This document shows positions 34,315 through 43,547 of a stretch of DNA of 64,000 nucleotides, piece by piece (the stretch's first letter is position 1; every line of letters begins with the position of its first letter). A program made the position numbers and the translations under genes. This DNA comes from Nitrospirota bacterium (GTDB lineage: Bacteria; Nitrospirota; Thermodesulfovibrionia; Thermodesulfovibrionales; JdFR-86): positions 1,344,001 through 1,408,000 of the forward strand of contig CAVRJY010000001.1 in assembly GCA_963721805.1 (NCBI GenBank), written 5' to 3'. Below the pieces are notes generated by a model that worked only from the letters and a program-made list of their open reading frames with translations, had not been told where the DNA came from and did no database searches.

Positions 34315-35790
34315 TTACCTTGGAGCCCCGTTGACCCAGTGGCTCGGAAAGGTGAGGGTTACGGTCGTGCCCTCGCCCGGAACGCTTACGACCCCGACCT
34401 CTCCCATGTGCTCGTCGACAATCTGGCGTACGAACGTCAGACCGAGGCCTATGCGCCTCCGGGTGCTGAAAAACGGTTCGAATATGCGGCCGAGGTTTTC
34501 CTTGGATATCCCCTCGCCGGTGTCCCGGACCGTGAGGCTGACGTTGTTGTCCTCGGCCGCGGTTGATACGGTGATCGAGCCGCCCTCGTGGGTGGCCTCT
34601 ATGGCGTTGCCGATCAGGTGGCTCACGGCCATGAGCAGGTATCTGCGGTTGGCCTTCATGACCGCGGGCTCCGGGGAAAGGTTAAGGATAAGCTCTATTT
34701 TCCGCGCCGCGATGGACTCACTGGTCACGTCTATGACGTCTCGGACGATCGAACTCAGGTCCTCGCTCTTAAACAGATAGCGCTTGCTCTTGACCAGGGC
34801 CTCGAACTCCTCGATGCTCTGCTCTATCTTCCGGCACTGCTCGATGATCTCTGCCGATTTCTCCTTTATCCCCTCCTCGTCGCACTTGGTCAGCCGGCGG
34901 GTGATGCCGCCTATGACCGCGACGGGGTTGCGAATGCGGTCAGCGACCCTGAGGCCGACCATGCCGAGGGTCCGCTCGGCCACGATCCCCTCCATCTCCT
35001 GGTTCAGATTCAGGATCTCCTGGCTGAAACTCTCGATCTTCTGGCGGCCGGATTCGAGTTCAGCGTGAATGCCCCTGAAGCGGCGGTTGATCGCCAGCAG
35101 TATGACCGCGAAAAACACGGTATACAGCCCCGCGAAGACCATGACGCTCTCGCGGATGTAGGCAAGCGGGATGCTTGCCGGGACGTAAACGAATAGGGCG
35201 TCGATAAGCTCTCCGGGCCTGAGATGAAAGCCGGAGGCCGTCCCGAACTGGCTGGTCACCTCTTTGGGCGCGGCCGAAGGCTCTCCGTGGCATTGGAGAC
35301 AGGAGGTGTCGGGTATATCCCCGGCCTTGGCCAGGACGTAATATCTAACCCCATCACGATCTATAAACCCGTCCCAGGTCTTCTCCCCGCCGCTGGCCAA
35401 CTCCCGTATTATGCTCGCCTCGAACTTGTCGGCACGGTTAACGGGATTCAGAGGGTTTAGTGAGGCGTGCTTGTACTTGATGTCGGGGAATGATTTAAGC
35501 TCCAGTTCGGCGATCTTACGGCTCACGAACGAGCGGGACATGCCCTCCAGGATGAACTTGCCCCCGAGTTCGTGCTGAAGCGCGGGCCTGAGCACGTTGC
35601 CGACGTACTGGCGCGAGGCGTCTATCGTACCCAGGAAGACCTTGGCGACCCGCTGCGTCCCCTCATACGCGTAACGCGTAAGGATCAGGTACGAACTCAC
35701 CGAGATGACCGGAAGCGAGATCGCGTAGACGATCAGGAGGGTCATGAAAAAACGCCGGCGCAGGTCTTTTCCGCTCTCGGGGGTCTGCAT
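34315..35790 (-). CDS. Membrane sensor histidine-kinase-like protein with periplasmic c-type heme (DUF3365-like) domain and atypical H-box
   Basis: Two TMs, SLNPLNPVNRADKFE, SCLQCHG and HATPase N/G1/F/G2 boxes (NAIEA, DTGEGI, IFEPFFST, GLGL). The H-box reads ADRIRNP. Confidence 0.88.
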   Translation of the reverse strand: MQTPESGKDLRRRFFMTLLIVYAISLPVISVSSYLILTRYAYEGTQRVAKVFLGTIDASRQYVGNVLRPALQHELGGKFILEGMSRSFVSRKIAELELKSFPDIKYKHASLNPLNPVNRADKFEASIIRELASGGEKTWDGFIDRDGVRYYVLAKAGDIPDTSCLQCHGEPSAAPKEVTSQFGTASGFHLRPGELIDALFVYVPASIPLAYIRESVMVFAGLYTVFFAVILLAINRRFRGIHAELESGRQKIESFSQEILNLNQEMEGIVAERTLGMVGLRVADRIRNPVAVIGGITRRLTKCDEEGIKEKSAEIIEQCRKIEQSIEEFEALVKSKRYLFKSEDLSSIVRDVIDVTSESIAARKIELILNLSPEPAVMKANRRYLLMAVSHLIGNAIEATHEGGSITVSTAAEDNNVSLTVRDTGEGISKENLGRIFEPFFSTRRRIGLGLTFVRQIVDEHMGEVGVVSVPGEGTTVTLTFPSHWVNGAPR

Positions 35791-35825
35791 GGCCTAATTG
35801 TATCACGCGCAAGGCGGGGCGGCAG

Positions 35826-36302
35826 CTATTTATCGGCTTCGCCGCCGACCGTCCGGTAGAACTCCATCTTGAGCAGCCTGCGCTTGATCGTCTCGCCCTC
35901 GGAATATCCACCTATCGAGCCGCCGGACTCGATCACCCTGTGGCAGGGGAGCACTATCGGGATCGGGTTTCGTGAAAGGGCCTGCCCGACGGCACGAGCA
36001 GCCCTGGGCCTGCCCACGTGCTCTGCGAGCCATTTGTATGTGCGCGTCTCTCCGTAGGGGATCTCACGAAGGGCAAGCCAGACCTCGCGCTCGAACTCGG
36101 TCGAGCCTTCGAGCGAGATCTCGATGCCGAACGTGGTGCGCTTGCCGCCGAAGTATTCCTCAAGTTCGCGCCGTATCCGCTCAGGGGCGCGCGAGGCCTT
36201 GATCCGGGGCCGCTCGGTGAAGCTCAGCGATACGAGCCTCCCGCCATCGAAAATGATATAGAGCGACCCGAGCGGCGTATCCAGGACATGGAAGGATTTC
36301 AT
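35826..36302 (-). CDS. ogt: Methylated-DNA-[protein]-cysteine S-methyltransferase
   Basis: IPYGETRTY, ARAVGQA and NPIPIVLPCHRV. Confidence 0.95.
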   Translation of the reverse strand: MKSFHVLDTPLGSLYIIFDGGRLVSLSFTERPRIKASRAPERIRRELEEYFGGKRTTFGIEISLEGSTEFEREVWLALREIPYGETRTYKWLAEHVGRPRAARAVGQALSRNPIPIVLPCHRVIESGGSIGGYSEGETIKRRLLKMEFYRTVGGEADK

Positions 36303-36304
36303 CG

Positions 36305-36589
36305 TCAGTTAAGCCTGCTTTGCGATGCCTTGCGGCTTTTAACCTGGCGAGGGGCGCGCTCGGCCTCGCCCTCGTAGATTATCCCGCAGCGGCGGCAGCA
36401 CATTTCGTTGTCGAGGTCGTTGATGAACGAGCGCTCCTCCTCGTCCTCAAAAAGTATGCGTACCATGCAGATGCCCCCCGGGAGCGTGGAAGTGCGGGCC
36501 TCGACCACGGTGCCCACGCCCCATTCAGTGTGCCTCGTGTGCTCCACCCTGTCTCCGACTTTCAGGTACAGCCTCTGCCGGTAAACCAT
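36305..36589 (-). CDS. Small conserved protein, DUF3553-like
   Basis: LKVGDRVEH..WGVGTVVE pattern; fills the gap in the serS-ogt operon. Confidence 0.65.
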   Translation of the reverse strand: MVYRQRLYLKVGDRVEHTRHTEWGVGTVVEARTSTLPGGICMVRILFEDEEERSFINDLDNEMCCRRCGIIYEGEAERAPRQVKSRKASQSRLN

Positions 36590-36611
36590 AACGGGACGCC
36601 TCCCCTGCGCG

Positions 36612-37877
36612 TCAGCTTATGCGGTCCACTCCCATGTAGGGTTTGAGTGCCTCCGGCACCAATACCGAGCCGTCGGCCTGCTGATAGTTTTCGAGTATCG
36701 CCACGAGCGTGCGGCCTATCGCAAGGCCCGAGCCGTTAAGCGTATGGACGAATTCCGTGCCCTTCCTGCCCTCGGTCTTGAAGCGGATGTTGGCGCGCCT
36801 CGACTGAAAATCCTCGAAGTTCGAGCACGACGAGATCTCGCGGTATCTCCCCTGTCCGGGCAGCCAGACCTCTATGTCATATGTCTTGGCCGAGCTAAAC
36901 CCCATATCCCCGGTGCAGAGCACTATCGTGCGGTACGGAAGCCCAAGGCGTTGGAGGATATCTTCGGCGTCGGCGGTGAGCTTTTCGTGCTCCGCATACG
37001 AGTCCTCCGGGCGCGTGAACTTCACGAGTTCGACCTTGTTGAACTGGTGCTGGCGGATGAGACCGCGCGTGTCCTTGCCATGAGAGCCGGCCTCGCGCCT
37101 GAAGCAAGGGGTATAGGCGGTATAGTATAACGGCAGCTCCTCGGCGCGGAGTATCTCGTCGCGGTGGATGTTCGTCACAGGCACCTCGGCCGTGGGGATC
37201 AGGAAAAAGTCCGGGTCCGCGATCTTGAACAGTTCCTCCTCGAACTTCGGGAGCTGTCCGGTGCCGGTCATGCTCTCGCGGTTGACGAGGATCGGGGGAA
37301 AGACCTCGGTATAACCCTTAGAGGTGTTCAGGTCCAGCATGAAGTTCATGATCGAGCGCTCCAGCCTCGCACCGGCACCCTTCATCAGCGAGAACCTCGC
37401 CCCGGTAATCTTGGTCGCGCGCTCGAAGTCTATGATCCCCAGCGCCTCGCCAATATCCCAGTGGTTAAGGGGGGTGAAATCGAAATCCCTGGGCGTGCCC
37501 CAGCGGCGGACCTCGACGTTGTCGTTTTCGTCCTTCCCGACCGGTACGGACGAGTGCGGGATGTTCGGGAGCCTCATGGCAAAATCAGAGGTCTCGTCCT
37601 CGAGCGCCTTTAGCTCCTCGTCAAGCTGTTTTATGCGCTCGCCCACGCCCTTCATCTGGTCCATCAGCGCGGTGGCGTCCTGTTTTTCGCGCTTGCGGCG
37701 GCCGATCTCCTCTGAGGTAGAGTTGCGCTTCATGCGCAGGTCCTCGACCTCGCGCAAGAGTTCGCGGCGGCGGGCCTCTTTTGTGAGGAAGCCCTCGAGC
37801 GCCATGCCCATGCCACGGTTGTTCATCGCCTCTATGACCACGTCGGTGCGTTCGCGTAATAGTTTTATGTCCAGCAT
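36612..37877 (-). CDS. serS: Serine-tRNA ligase
   Basis: [44 protein letters not shown] and [12 protein letters not shown]. Confidence 0.99.
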   Translation of the reverse strand: MLDIKLLRERTDVVIEAMNNRGMGMALEGFLTKEARRRELLREVEDLRMKRNSTSEEIGRRKREKQDATALMDQMKGVGERIKQLDEELKALEDETSDFAMRLPNIPHSSVPVGKDENDNVEVRRWGTPRDFDFTPLNHWDIGEALGIIDFERATKITGARFSLMKGAGARLERSIMNFMLDLNTSKGYTEVFPPILVNRESMTGTGQLPKFEEELFKIADPDFFLIPTAEVPVTNIHRDEILRAEELPLYYTAYTPCFRREAGSHGKDTRGLIRQHQFNKVELVKFTRPEDSYAEHEKLTADAEDILQRLGLPYRTIVLCTGDMGFSSAKTYDIEVWLPGQGRYREISSCSNFEDFQSRRANIRFKTEGRKGTEFVHTLNGSGLAIGRTLVAILENYQQADGSVLVPEALKPYMGVDRIS

Positions 37878-37931
37878 CCTAGCTCCAGTCGGTCGTATTT
37901 GTGAGTTCCAGATTAATTATAATATAAATGC

Positions 37932-38567
37932 ATGAAAGACCTCCGGATATTGTATGAGAAGCTCTATTCGGCCTTCGGGCCGCAGCACTGGTGGCCGGGG
38001 GATACGCCGTTTGAGATAGCGGTCGGCGCGGTGCTCACCCAAAACACGAACTGGGGCAATGTCGAGCGCGCGATAGCCAACCTGAAAGCAGCCAGAGCGT
38101 TGAGCGCCCGCCGCATCCATGCGATGCCGAACGCCGAACTTGCGGAGCTCATCCGGCCTTCCGGATACTTTAACGTCAAATCCAGTAGGCTCAAGGCTCT
38201 CATCGGATACCTGATCGAGCGCCGGGGAGGGAGCATGGCCCGCATGGCACGCGCCCCGATGTACGAACTCCGGCGCGAGCTCCTGGGCGTAAACGGGGTG
38301 GGGCAGGAGACTGCCGACTCTATCCTTCTCTATGCGCTTAACAAGCCCGTATTCGTGATCGACGCTTACACCAAGCGCGCGCTTTCGAGGCATGGCGTAA
38401 TGGACATTGGCGAGTCATACGAGAGGTTTCAGAAGCTATTTCATAGCTCGCTCAGCCCGGACGTGGCGCTCTATAACGAATATCACGCCCTGTTCGTCGC
38501 TCTCGGCAAGACTCGCTGCAGGCCGACAAAGCCTATGTGCGAGGGCTGCCCGCTTCAGGGGTTCTGA
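37932..38567 (+). CDS. Endonuclease III-related HhH-GPD DNA glycosylase family protein
   Basis: GAVLTQNTNW, LLGVNGVGQETADSILLYA, FVIDAY and C-terminal CRPTKPMCEGCP. Confidence 0.9.
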   Translation: MKDLRILYEKLYSAFGPQHWWPGDTPFEIAVGAVLTQNTNWGNVERAIANLKAARALSARRIHAMPNAELAELIRPSGYFNVKSSRLKALIGYLIERRGGSMARMARAPMYELRRELLGVNGVGQETADSILLYALNKPVFVIDAYTKRALSRHGVMDIGESYERFQKLFHSSLSPDVALYNEYHALFVALGKTRCRPTKPMCEGCPLQGF

Positions 38568-38571
38568 TATA

Positions 38572-39531
38572 ATGTCCACGATGGACGAGCTATTTGACAG
38601 GTCACGTCTCGAGATCAGGCCGCTTGGCGAGCGCATTCACGACCTGGGCCTGACCTCGTTGATGCCGCTTGCCAGCCGCAACTGGAGCCACCCGTCCATA
38701 GATACCGTTGCCCGGCGCATAAAGGACGCGAAGGGCGAGCGAGTCATGATGATGGGCGGCCACGTAATACGCTCCGGGGCGCAAAGGTTCCTGATCGACC
38801 TCATGGAGCGCGGCCATATCACCTGCATCGCGATGAACGGATCATGCGTGATCCATGACTTCGAATTCGCGCTGATCGGGGCGACGACAGAGAGCGTTGC
38901 AAGGTACATCTCAGAGGGCCGCTTCGGGCTATGGCGCGAGACAGGCCGGATAAACGACATAATCAACGAGGCATACAAAGATGGCGGCGATATCGGCATC
39001 GGATCTGCCGTCGGACGCGCGATACTAAAAGGAGACTTCCCCCACAAGGACATAAGCGTGCTCGCGGCCGCAAGCCGCCTGGGGATTCCGGCCACGGTGC
39101 ATGTCGGAATCGGCCACGATATCATCCACGAACTCCCTAACTGCAGCGGCGCGGCCACAGGAGAGCTCTCATACCGCGATTTCCTGCGCTTTACGCGCAT
39201 GATAGAAGGGCTCGAAGGCGGCGTGGTCATGAACTTCGGAAGCGCGGTCATGGCCCCTGAGGTCTACCTCAAGGCGTTAAGCATGGCCAGAAACGTGGCC
39301 CACCAGGAGGGCAGGGCGATCCGCAGGTTCACGACGCTCGTCTGCGACTTACAGCCCCTTCCCGAGGACCTGAGCCGCGAGCCAGAGAAGACGTGTGCGT
39401 CATATTACTTCAGGCCCCTGAAGACTATGCTCCTGCGCACAGTGGCCGACGGCGGCGAGGGCTTCTACGTGCGCGCCTCTCATGCCGACACGATTCCCGC
39501 GCTCTGGCGGGCCGTGGTGGAGTCAGCATGA
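38572..39531 (+). CDS. Conserved hypothetical enzyme, possibly deoxyhypusine-synthase-like fold
   Basis: MMGGHVIRSG, AMNG..IHDFE, PATVHVGIGHDIIH and NFGSAVMAPEVYLKALSMARN. The fold call is from recall only. Its stop overlaps the ATG of the next gene. Confidence 0.6.
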   Translation: MSTMDELFDRSRLEIRPLGERIHDLGLTSLMPLASRNWSHPSIDTVARRIKDAKGERVMMMGGHVIRSGAQRFLIDLMERGHITCIAMNGSCVIHDFEFALIGATTESVARYISEGRFGLWRETGRINDIINEAYKDGGDIGIGSAVGRAILKGDFPHKDISVLAAASRLGIPATVHVGIGHDIIHELPNCSGAATGELSYRDFLRFTRMIEGLEGGVVMNFGSAVMAPEVYLKALSMARNVAHQEGRAIRRFTTLVCDLQPLPEDLSREPEKTCASYYFRPLKTMLLRTVADGGEGFYVRASHADTIPALWRAVVESA

Positions 39532-40013
39532 AGATAATGGAGCTTAACGCCCTGGCCATGAAGGTCGCCGAGCTTAAGGCACAGGGGAAGAAGATCGTGC
39601 TTTGCCACGGCTGCTTCGACCTGATGCACCCGGGGCATATAAGGTATTTTCAGGCCGCCAAGCGGATGGGCGACGTGCTGGTCGTGACCGTCTCGCCCGA
39701 CCGCTATGTGGACAAGGGTCCGGGCCGGCCGGCCTTTAACGAGACCCTGCGCGTTGAATCCATCGCCGCGCTTGAGTGCGTGGACTTCGTGGCCATAAAC
39801 CTCTGGCCCACCGCCGCGGAGACGTTGAGGCTGCTCCGGCCGGACTATTACGTCAAGGGGCAGGAGTTCGAAAACCTCGAGGACAAGACAGGCAAGATAC
39901 AGCGCGAGGCCGAGGTCGTCAGAGAGATCGGCGCGGAACTGAGATTTACGCACGAGATCGTGTTTTCCTCGACCGACCTCCTTAACCGATACTTCCGCGG
40001 CACGGGAAAATAG
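39528..40013 (+). CDS. Cytidylyl/adenylyltransferase (RfaE domain II-like)
   Basis: HGCFDLMHPGH, GDVLVV, KGPGRP, RPDYYVKG and FSST. Confidence 0.9.
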   Translation: MKIMELNALAMKVAELKAQGKKIVLCHGCFDLMHPGHIRYFQAAKRMGDVLVVTVSPDRYVDKGPGRPAFNETLRVESIAALECVDFVAINLWPTAAETLRLLRPDYYVKGQEFENLEDKTGKIQREAEVVREIGAELRFTHEIVFSSTDLLNRYFRGTGK

Positions 40014-40038
40014 CCCTGCCAAAGGGTTATTATATTAA

Positions 40039-41562
40039 ATGGGTGAAAATCTCAAGATAATCGCATTTGAAGATGCGGTCACGAAGTGCGCTGCGCTCAA
40101 GTCCGCGGGAAAGACCGTGGTCCTCAGTATCGGCGTATACGACCTGATACACCCAGGCATCATTAACCACGTCTCAGCCGCCAAAAAACAGGGCGATGTC
40201 CTAATTGTCGGCGTCTTGAAGGATCGCTTCGCCAAGATCGGCCCCGGCCGCCCTGTATTCCCCGAAGAATACCGCCTGACGAACGCCGCGGCCCTCAGCG
40301 ACGTGGATTACGCATGCCTGATCGAAAACAACACCCCTTATGAGGCTGTCCACAAGATCCGCCCTAGCGTGTTCGCAAAGGGCGCTGTCGAGCGCGAGCA
40401 CGACATGCTCGTTTACGGCCGCGAGATCGACCGCGAACGGCACGAGTTCGGGGACATACGTCTCGCGGAGACCGACGGTTTCGCGTTTTCGTCCTCGCAC
40501 ATCATAAACAAGCTCCTCGATATCTATCCAGAGCAGACAGCCGCGTATCTTAAGGGCTTCGCCTCGCGCCACGAGTTCGCTGAGATAGCCGAACGCGTCC
40601 ATTCTCTCAAGGACATGAAGGTCCTCCTGATCGGCGATGGGATCATAGACGAGTATCACTATTGCGAGAGCATGAACAAGTCTGCCAAGACCCCGCTGGT
40701 CGTCAACCGCTACCTTTACCACGAGGCCTTCCCCGGCGGTGCGTTCGCGGTCGCGAACCACCTCTCCGGCATATGCGGCGAGGTCCGCCTCGTAAGCCTG
40801 CTTGGCCGCGAGGACTCGCGCGAGGACTACATCCTACACCACCTGAGGCCCAATGTGAGCGCCAAGTTCTTCCTGCGCGAGCACGGCCCGACTATCGTCA
40901 AGAAGCGCTACATCAACGAGGCCCTCAACTGGAAGCTCTTCGAGGTCAACTACATTAACAACGAATACGTGAGCGAACGCGAGGAGGCCGAGATCATCGC
41001 CTACCTTGAGCGCATCATCGGCTCCTACGACCTCGTGATAATCTCAGACTTCGGCCACGGGTTCATCTCGACCCGCATCATGCGCGAAATAGAGAAGCGT
41101 GCGCGCATGCTCGCGATCAACACCCAGACCAACGCGGCCAACGCCGGGTATAACCTTATCACCAAGTACCGAAAGCCGAATTTCGTATGCCTCGACGAGT
41201 CCGAGATCAGGCTCGCATGCCAGGAGCGTTACGATGGGATAGAGAAGATTGCGCGCCGGATGCGCGAGATCATAAGCGCCGACCACCTTATCACGACGCT
41301 CGGCTCGCATGGCTCGATAAGCGTCTCAAAAGACGGGACGGTCACGCTAACCCCGGTTTTCTCGACCAAGGTCATCGATACCATCGGGGCCGGGGACGCT
41401 TTTTTCGCATTTACCGCTCCGTGCCATGCCCGGGGATTCCCGCCGGAACTGGTCTCGTTCATCGGCAACGCTGCCGGGGCGCTCGCGGTGCAGATCGTAG
41501 GCAACTCGCGGCCCGTAGAACGTTACGAACTCCTGGAGTTCATCTACACGATACTTAAATGA
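40039..41562 (+). CDS. Nucleotidyltransferase-like + PfkB sugar kinase fusion (HldE/RfaE-like, reversed domain order)
   Basis: N-terminal GVYDLIHPGI..GPGRP..FSSS; C-terminal LLIGDGIIDEY, PGGAFAVA, ISDFGHG and VIDTIGAGDAF. Confidence 0.88.
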   Translation: MGENLKIIAFEDAVTKCAALKSAGKTVVLSIGVYDLIHPGIINHVSAAKKQGDVLIVGVLKDRFAKIGPGRPVFPEEYRLTNAAALSDVDYACLIENNTPYEAVHKIRPSVFAKGAVEREHDMLVYGREIDRERHEFGDIRLAETDGFAFSSSHIINKLLDIYPEQTAAYLKGFASRHEFAEIAERVHSLKDMKVLLIGDGIIDEYHYCESMNKSAKTPLVVNRYLYHEAFPGGAFAVANHLSGICGEVRLVSLLGREDSREDYILHHLRPNVSAKFFLREHGPTIVKKRYINEALNWKLFEVNYINNEYVSEREEAEIIAYLERIIGSYDLVIISDFGHGFISTRIMREIEKRARMLAINTQTNAANAGYNLITKYRKPNFVCLDESEIRLACQERYDGIEKIARRMREIISADHLITTLGSHGSISVSKDGTVTLTPVFSTKVIDTIGAGDAFFAFTAPCHARGFPPELVSFIGNAAGALAVQIVGNSRPVERYELLEFIYTILK

Positions 41563-42629
41563 GCGACCGCTACGGTATCGACAGCCACAAGCTCATGTAC
41601 CACCCCAAGCGCGTGAGCGAATGGCTTGCGGGTGCGCTCGTATACCCCATCTACATGGAGCTGTCACCCTCCGGGGTCTGCAACCACCGCTGCGAGTTCT
41701 GCGGCCTAGATTTCATGGAATACCAGAGCCGTTATCTCGACACAAATGTGCTAAAGGAACGCCTGATCGAGATGGGTTCTCTGGGCGTCAGGGCCATTAT
41801 GTTCGGCGGCGAGGGCGAGCCCTTCATGCACCGAGACATGGCCGGGCTGATCCTCCACACAAAAGCATCGGGAATCGATGTCGCTATGACCACAAATGGC
41901 GTGCTCTTTACCCCCCAGCGCTCAGAGCCCACGCTTGGCGCACTGGAATGGTTAAAGGTGAGTATCGCGGCAGGGACTGCGGATACATACGCCCGGCTGC
42001 ATAACACAAAGGCGGCTGACTTCGACCGTGTGATCGAGAACATGGAGCACGCAGCGCGTTTCAAGGCCGCCAATGGGCTTAATTGCACGCTAGGGATGCA
42101 GATGCTCCTGTTGCCGGACAACCAGGCCGAGGCCGCAGCGCTCGCGCGCATCGCCCGCAAGATAGGAATGGATTACCTCGTTATAAAGCCTTACTCACAG
42201 CACCCGCAGAGCAAGACCCGCCAGTACAGCGAGATCAGCTATCAGGATGCCGAGCTGCTGGCCTCGGAGCTTGCGGAGTTTAATAGCGAGACCTTCAGCG
42301 TGATCTTTCGCGCTCGCGCGATGGCAAAATGGGACGACTCCTCGCGGCCGTACGGCCGGTGCCTCGCGCTCCCGTTTTGGTCCTATATAGACGCGGGGGG
42401 CAACGTCTGGGGCTGTAGCGTCTATCTCCGCGACGAGAGGTTCCTATATGGCAATATCTACGAAAATACGTTTAAGGAGATCTGGGAGGGCCCGCGAAGG
42501 CTCAAGTCACTCCTTTGGGTCGAGCAGGAGATGGACGCACGGGGCTGCAGGGTCAACTGCCGGATGGACGAGATCAACCGCTACCTATGGGGCCTGAGAC
42601 GTCCGCCCGAACATGTCAACTTCATATGA
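41559..42629 (+). CDS. Radical SAM / SPASM-twitch domain protein
   Basis: CNHRCEFC, GGEGEP and TTNG; C-terminal CLALP..GNVWGC..GNI..CRVNC. Confidence 0.9.
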   Translation: MSDRYGIDSHKLMYHPKRVSEWLAGALVYPIYMELSPSGVCNHRCEFCGLDFMEYQSRYLDTNVLKERLIEMGSLGVRAIMFGGEGEPFMHRDMAGLILHTKASGIDVAMTTNGVLFTPQRSEPTLGALEWLKVSIAAGTADTYARLHNTKAADFDRVIENMEHAARFKAANGLNCTLGMQMLLLPDNQAEAAALARIARKIGMDYLVIKPYSQHPQSKTRQYSEISYQDAELLASELAEFNSETFSVIFRARAMAKWDDSSRPYGRCLALPFWSYIDAGGNVWGCSVYLRDERFLYGNIYENTFKEIWEGPRRLKSLLWVEQEMDARGCRVNCRMDEINRYLWGLRRPPEHVNFI

Positions 42630-42713
42630 GCTATCCATCGCCGTTGAAGGTGAAGGAGCACGACCTATCCTTCGTTAGGTCAGCCGATGAAATGGCAATA
42701 AGGCTTGTGAATA

Positions 42714-43547
42714 ATGGGCAATAAGCATAGCGAACTCGAGCGCATGGCCGAAGCGGTCAGGCGTGACGTACTGCAGATCGCCTGCAGCGCCCGGAGCGCG
42801 CACGTGGGCTCATCGCTTTCATGCGTCGATCTCGTCGTGGCGCTATATTTCGACGAGATGCGCATTGATAAGCACGACTGGGCAAACCGCGACATCTTCA
42901 TCATGAGCAAGGGCCATGCCGCAATGGCGCTATACAGCACATTAACCGCACGCGGGCTCATGAGCCGAAAGACCCTGCTTGGCTACATGAAAGACAATGG
43001 CACCCTTCCCGCGCATCTCGACCGCTTCACTGCCAGGGGCATCGAGGTCTCGGCGGGCTCGCTCGGCCACGGCATCTGTATCGGGGCAGGGATGGCGCAC
43101 GCCTTAAAGCTCCGCGGACAAAACCCGGAACAGACGCGCCGCGTCTTCGTGCTGATCGGCGATGGCGAGAGTGAGGAGGGCTCGGTGTGGGAGACAGCGC
43201 TTTTCGCATCGAAGCTCAAGCTAGACAACCTTACAGTGCTTGTGGACTACAATAACCTGCAGGGGTACGGCCGGCCCCGCGAGCTTTGCTCATACGAGCC
43301 GGTCGAGGACAAGTGGCGCGCCTTCGGCTGGGAGGCGGTGCGGGCCGACGGCCATGACTTCCCCTCGATCCGCCGCGCGCTTCGGTTTCCCCACAGCGGC
43401 AGGCCCAAGGTCATCGTAGCCGATACGACAAAGGGCAAGGGCGTCCCGTTTATGGAGGACGAGATGAAGTGGCACTACTTCATCGTAACGGACGAGCTGA
43501 GGGAAGAGGCCATGGCCCACCTGTGCAGGTTTAATAATGCGAAATAG
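42714..43547 (+). CDS. Transketolase-like protein, N-terminal (TPP-binding) subunit
   Basis: HVGSSLS, RDIFIMSKGHA, GSLGHG, GDGESEEGSVWE..DYN and TTKGKGV. Confidence 0.92.
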   Translation: MGNKHSELERMAEAVRRDVLQIACSARSAHVGSSLSCVDLVVALYFDEMRIDKHDWANRDIFIMSKGHAAMALYSTLTARGLMSRKTLLGYMKDNGTLPAHLDRFTARGIEVSAGSLGHGICIGAGMAHALKLRGQNPEQTRRVFVLIGDGESEEGSVWETALFASKLKLDNLTVLVDYNNLQGYGRPRELCSYEPVEDKWRAFGWEAVRADGHDFPSIRRALRFPHSGRPKVIVADTTKGKGVPFMEDEMKWHYFIVTDELREEAMAHLCRFNNAK

